DNA from: a virus | Taxonomy: Duplodnaviria; Caudoviricetes | DNA length: 64,000 nt | Strand: one strand, 5' to 3' | IMG/VR virus record: IMGVR_UViG_2906610324_000001 | Span: 1-64,000 of that record | Part shown: piece after piece, positions 63,804 through 64,000 of the stretch | Layout: the number at the start of each line of letters is the position of its first letter | Numbering within the stretch: position 1 is the first letter of the stretch | Position numbers and translations under genes: made by a program | The notes under the pieces: model-generated | Databases searched by the model: none | What the model was told of the DNA's origin: nothing | Seen by the model: the letters and a program-made list of their open reading frames with translations, nothing else

Positions 63804-64000
63804 TTAGCGGTTGCTGATGACTCGGAATCGGCTTTCGTGAACGCAAAGCCTTCCGCCATCCGCGAATTTGACGATGTGCCAGCCCGGCTGGATTGGTCCG
63901 CTTGCCGCGGTCCATCGCGCGATTTTCGCGACCTCTGGCGCGACGCTGGGAAAGCCGCCAATCGCTGGCGTGCCATGCAATTCAATGCGCGATCCGGTTT
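63804..64000 (-). CDS. 3' part of a hypothetical gene that begins beyond the window
   Basis: Open frame ...GWHIVKFADGGRLCVHESRFRVISNR*. Confidence 0.55.
   Translation of the reverse strand, partial: TGSRIELHGTPAIGGFPSVAPEVAKIARWTAASGPIQPGWHIVKFADGGRLCVHESRFRVISNR

Larger units (their letters stand above)
530..64000. mobile_element. Temperate prophage integrated at tRNA-Val; continues beyond the window
   Basis: int/xis next to a tRNA, cI/cro switch, recombination, replication and methylation genes, HNH. Left boundary is approximate (within the tRNA); attR not seen. Confidence 0.92.

Noticed and set aside
575-64000. attR, terminase, capsid, tail and lysis genes
   Set aside because: No second copy of the tRNA 3' end and no such genes were recognised; they are probably beyond the window, so completeness cannot be judged.

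Overview
GC-rich alphaproteobacterial DNA (Bradyrhizobium-like by gene content; this is an inference). After one host gene (GFA family), a large temperate prophage starts at a tRNA-Val(TAC) gene (498-574) and runs past the right edge; no attR, terminase or structural genes are in the window. Layout from left to right: (i) tyrosine integrase, whose 3' end reads into the tRNA, plus excisionase; (ii) a ~22 kb leftward early operon with recombination genes, a HerA-like ATPase, a Dam-like MTase, a nicotinamidase-vWA-PP2C-kinase cluster, radical SAM and a DnaA C-terminal domain protein, driven by an operator-flanked PL-like promoter; (iii) an initiator/loader pair, SOS boxes and an IS5 lying between PL and the repressor; (iv) a cI/cro switch; (v) a rightward operon with GcrA, LexA-like, three more MTases, RuvC-like, beta clamp, TGT-like, primase, DnaB, a two-gene moron, a DUF6456 late regulator and HNH; (vi) a PARIS-like defence pair whose DUF4435 gene appears frameshifted; (vii) a leftward module of at least 12 kb (52.1-64 kb) of small genes, including a DUF3560-MTase fusion and an ArdC N-domain protein. 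The last module is the most unusual part. Ten of its genes have a covarying 5-bp tetraloop hairpin at a fixed distance before an AAAGG Shine-Dalgarno, a second 19-bp repeat family fills the intergenic gaps, and several adenine-containing k-mers are strongly depleted. I infer a first-entering anti-defence region with its own RNA-level regulation. Family assignments come from recognising motifs by eye, not from database searches.
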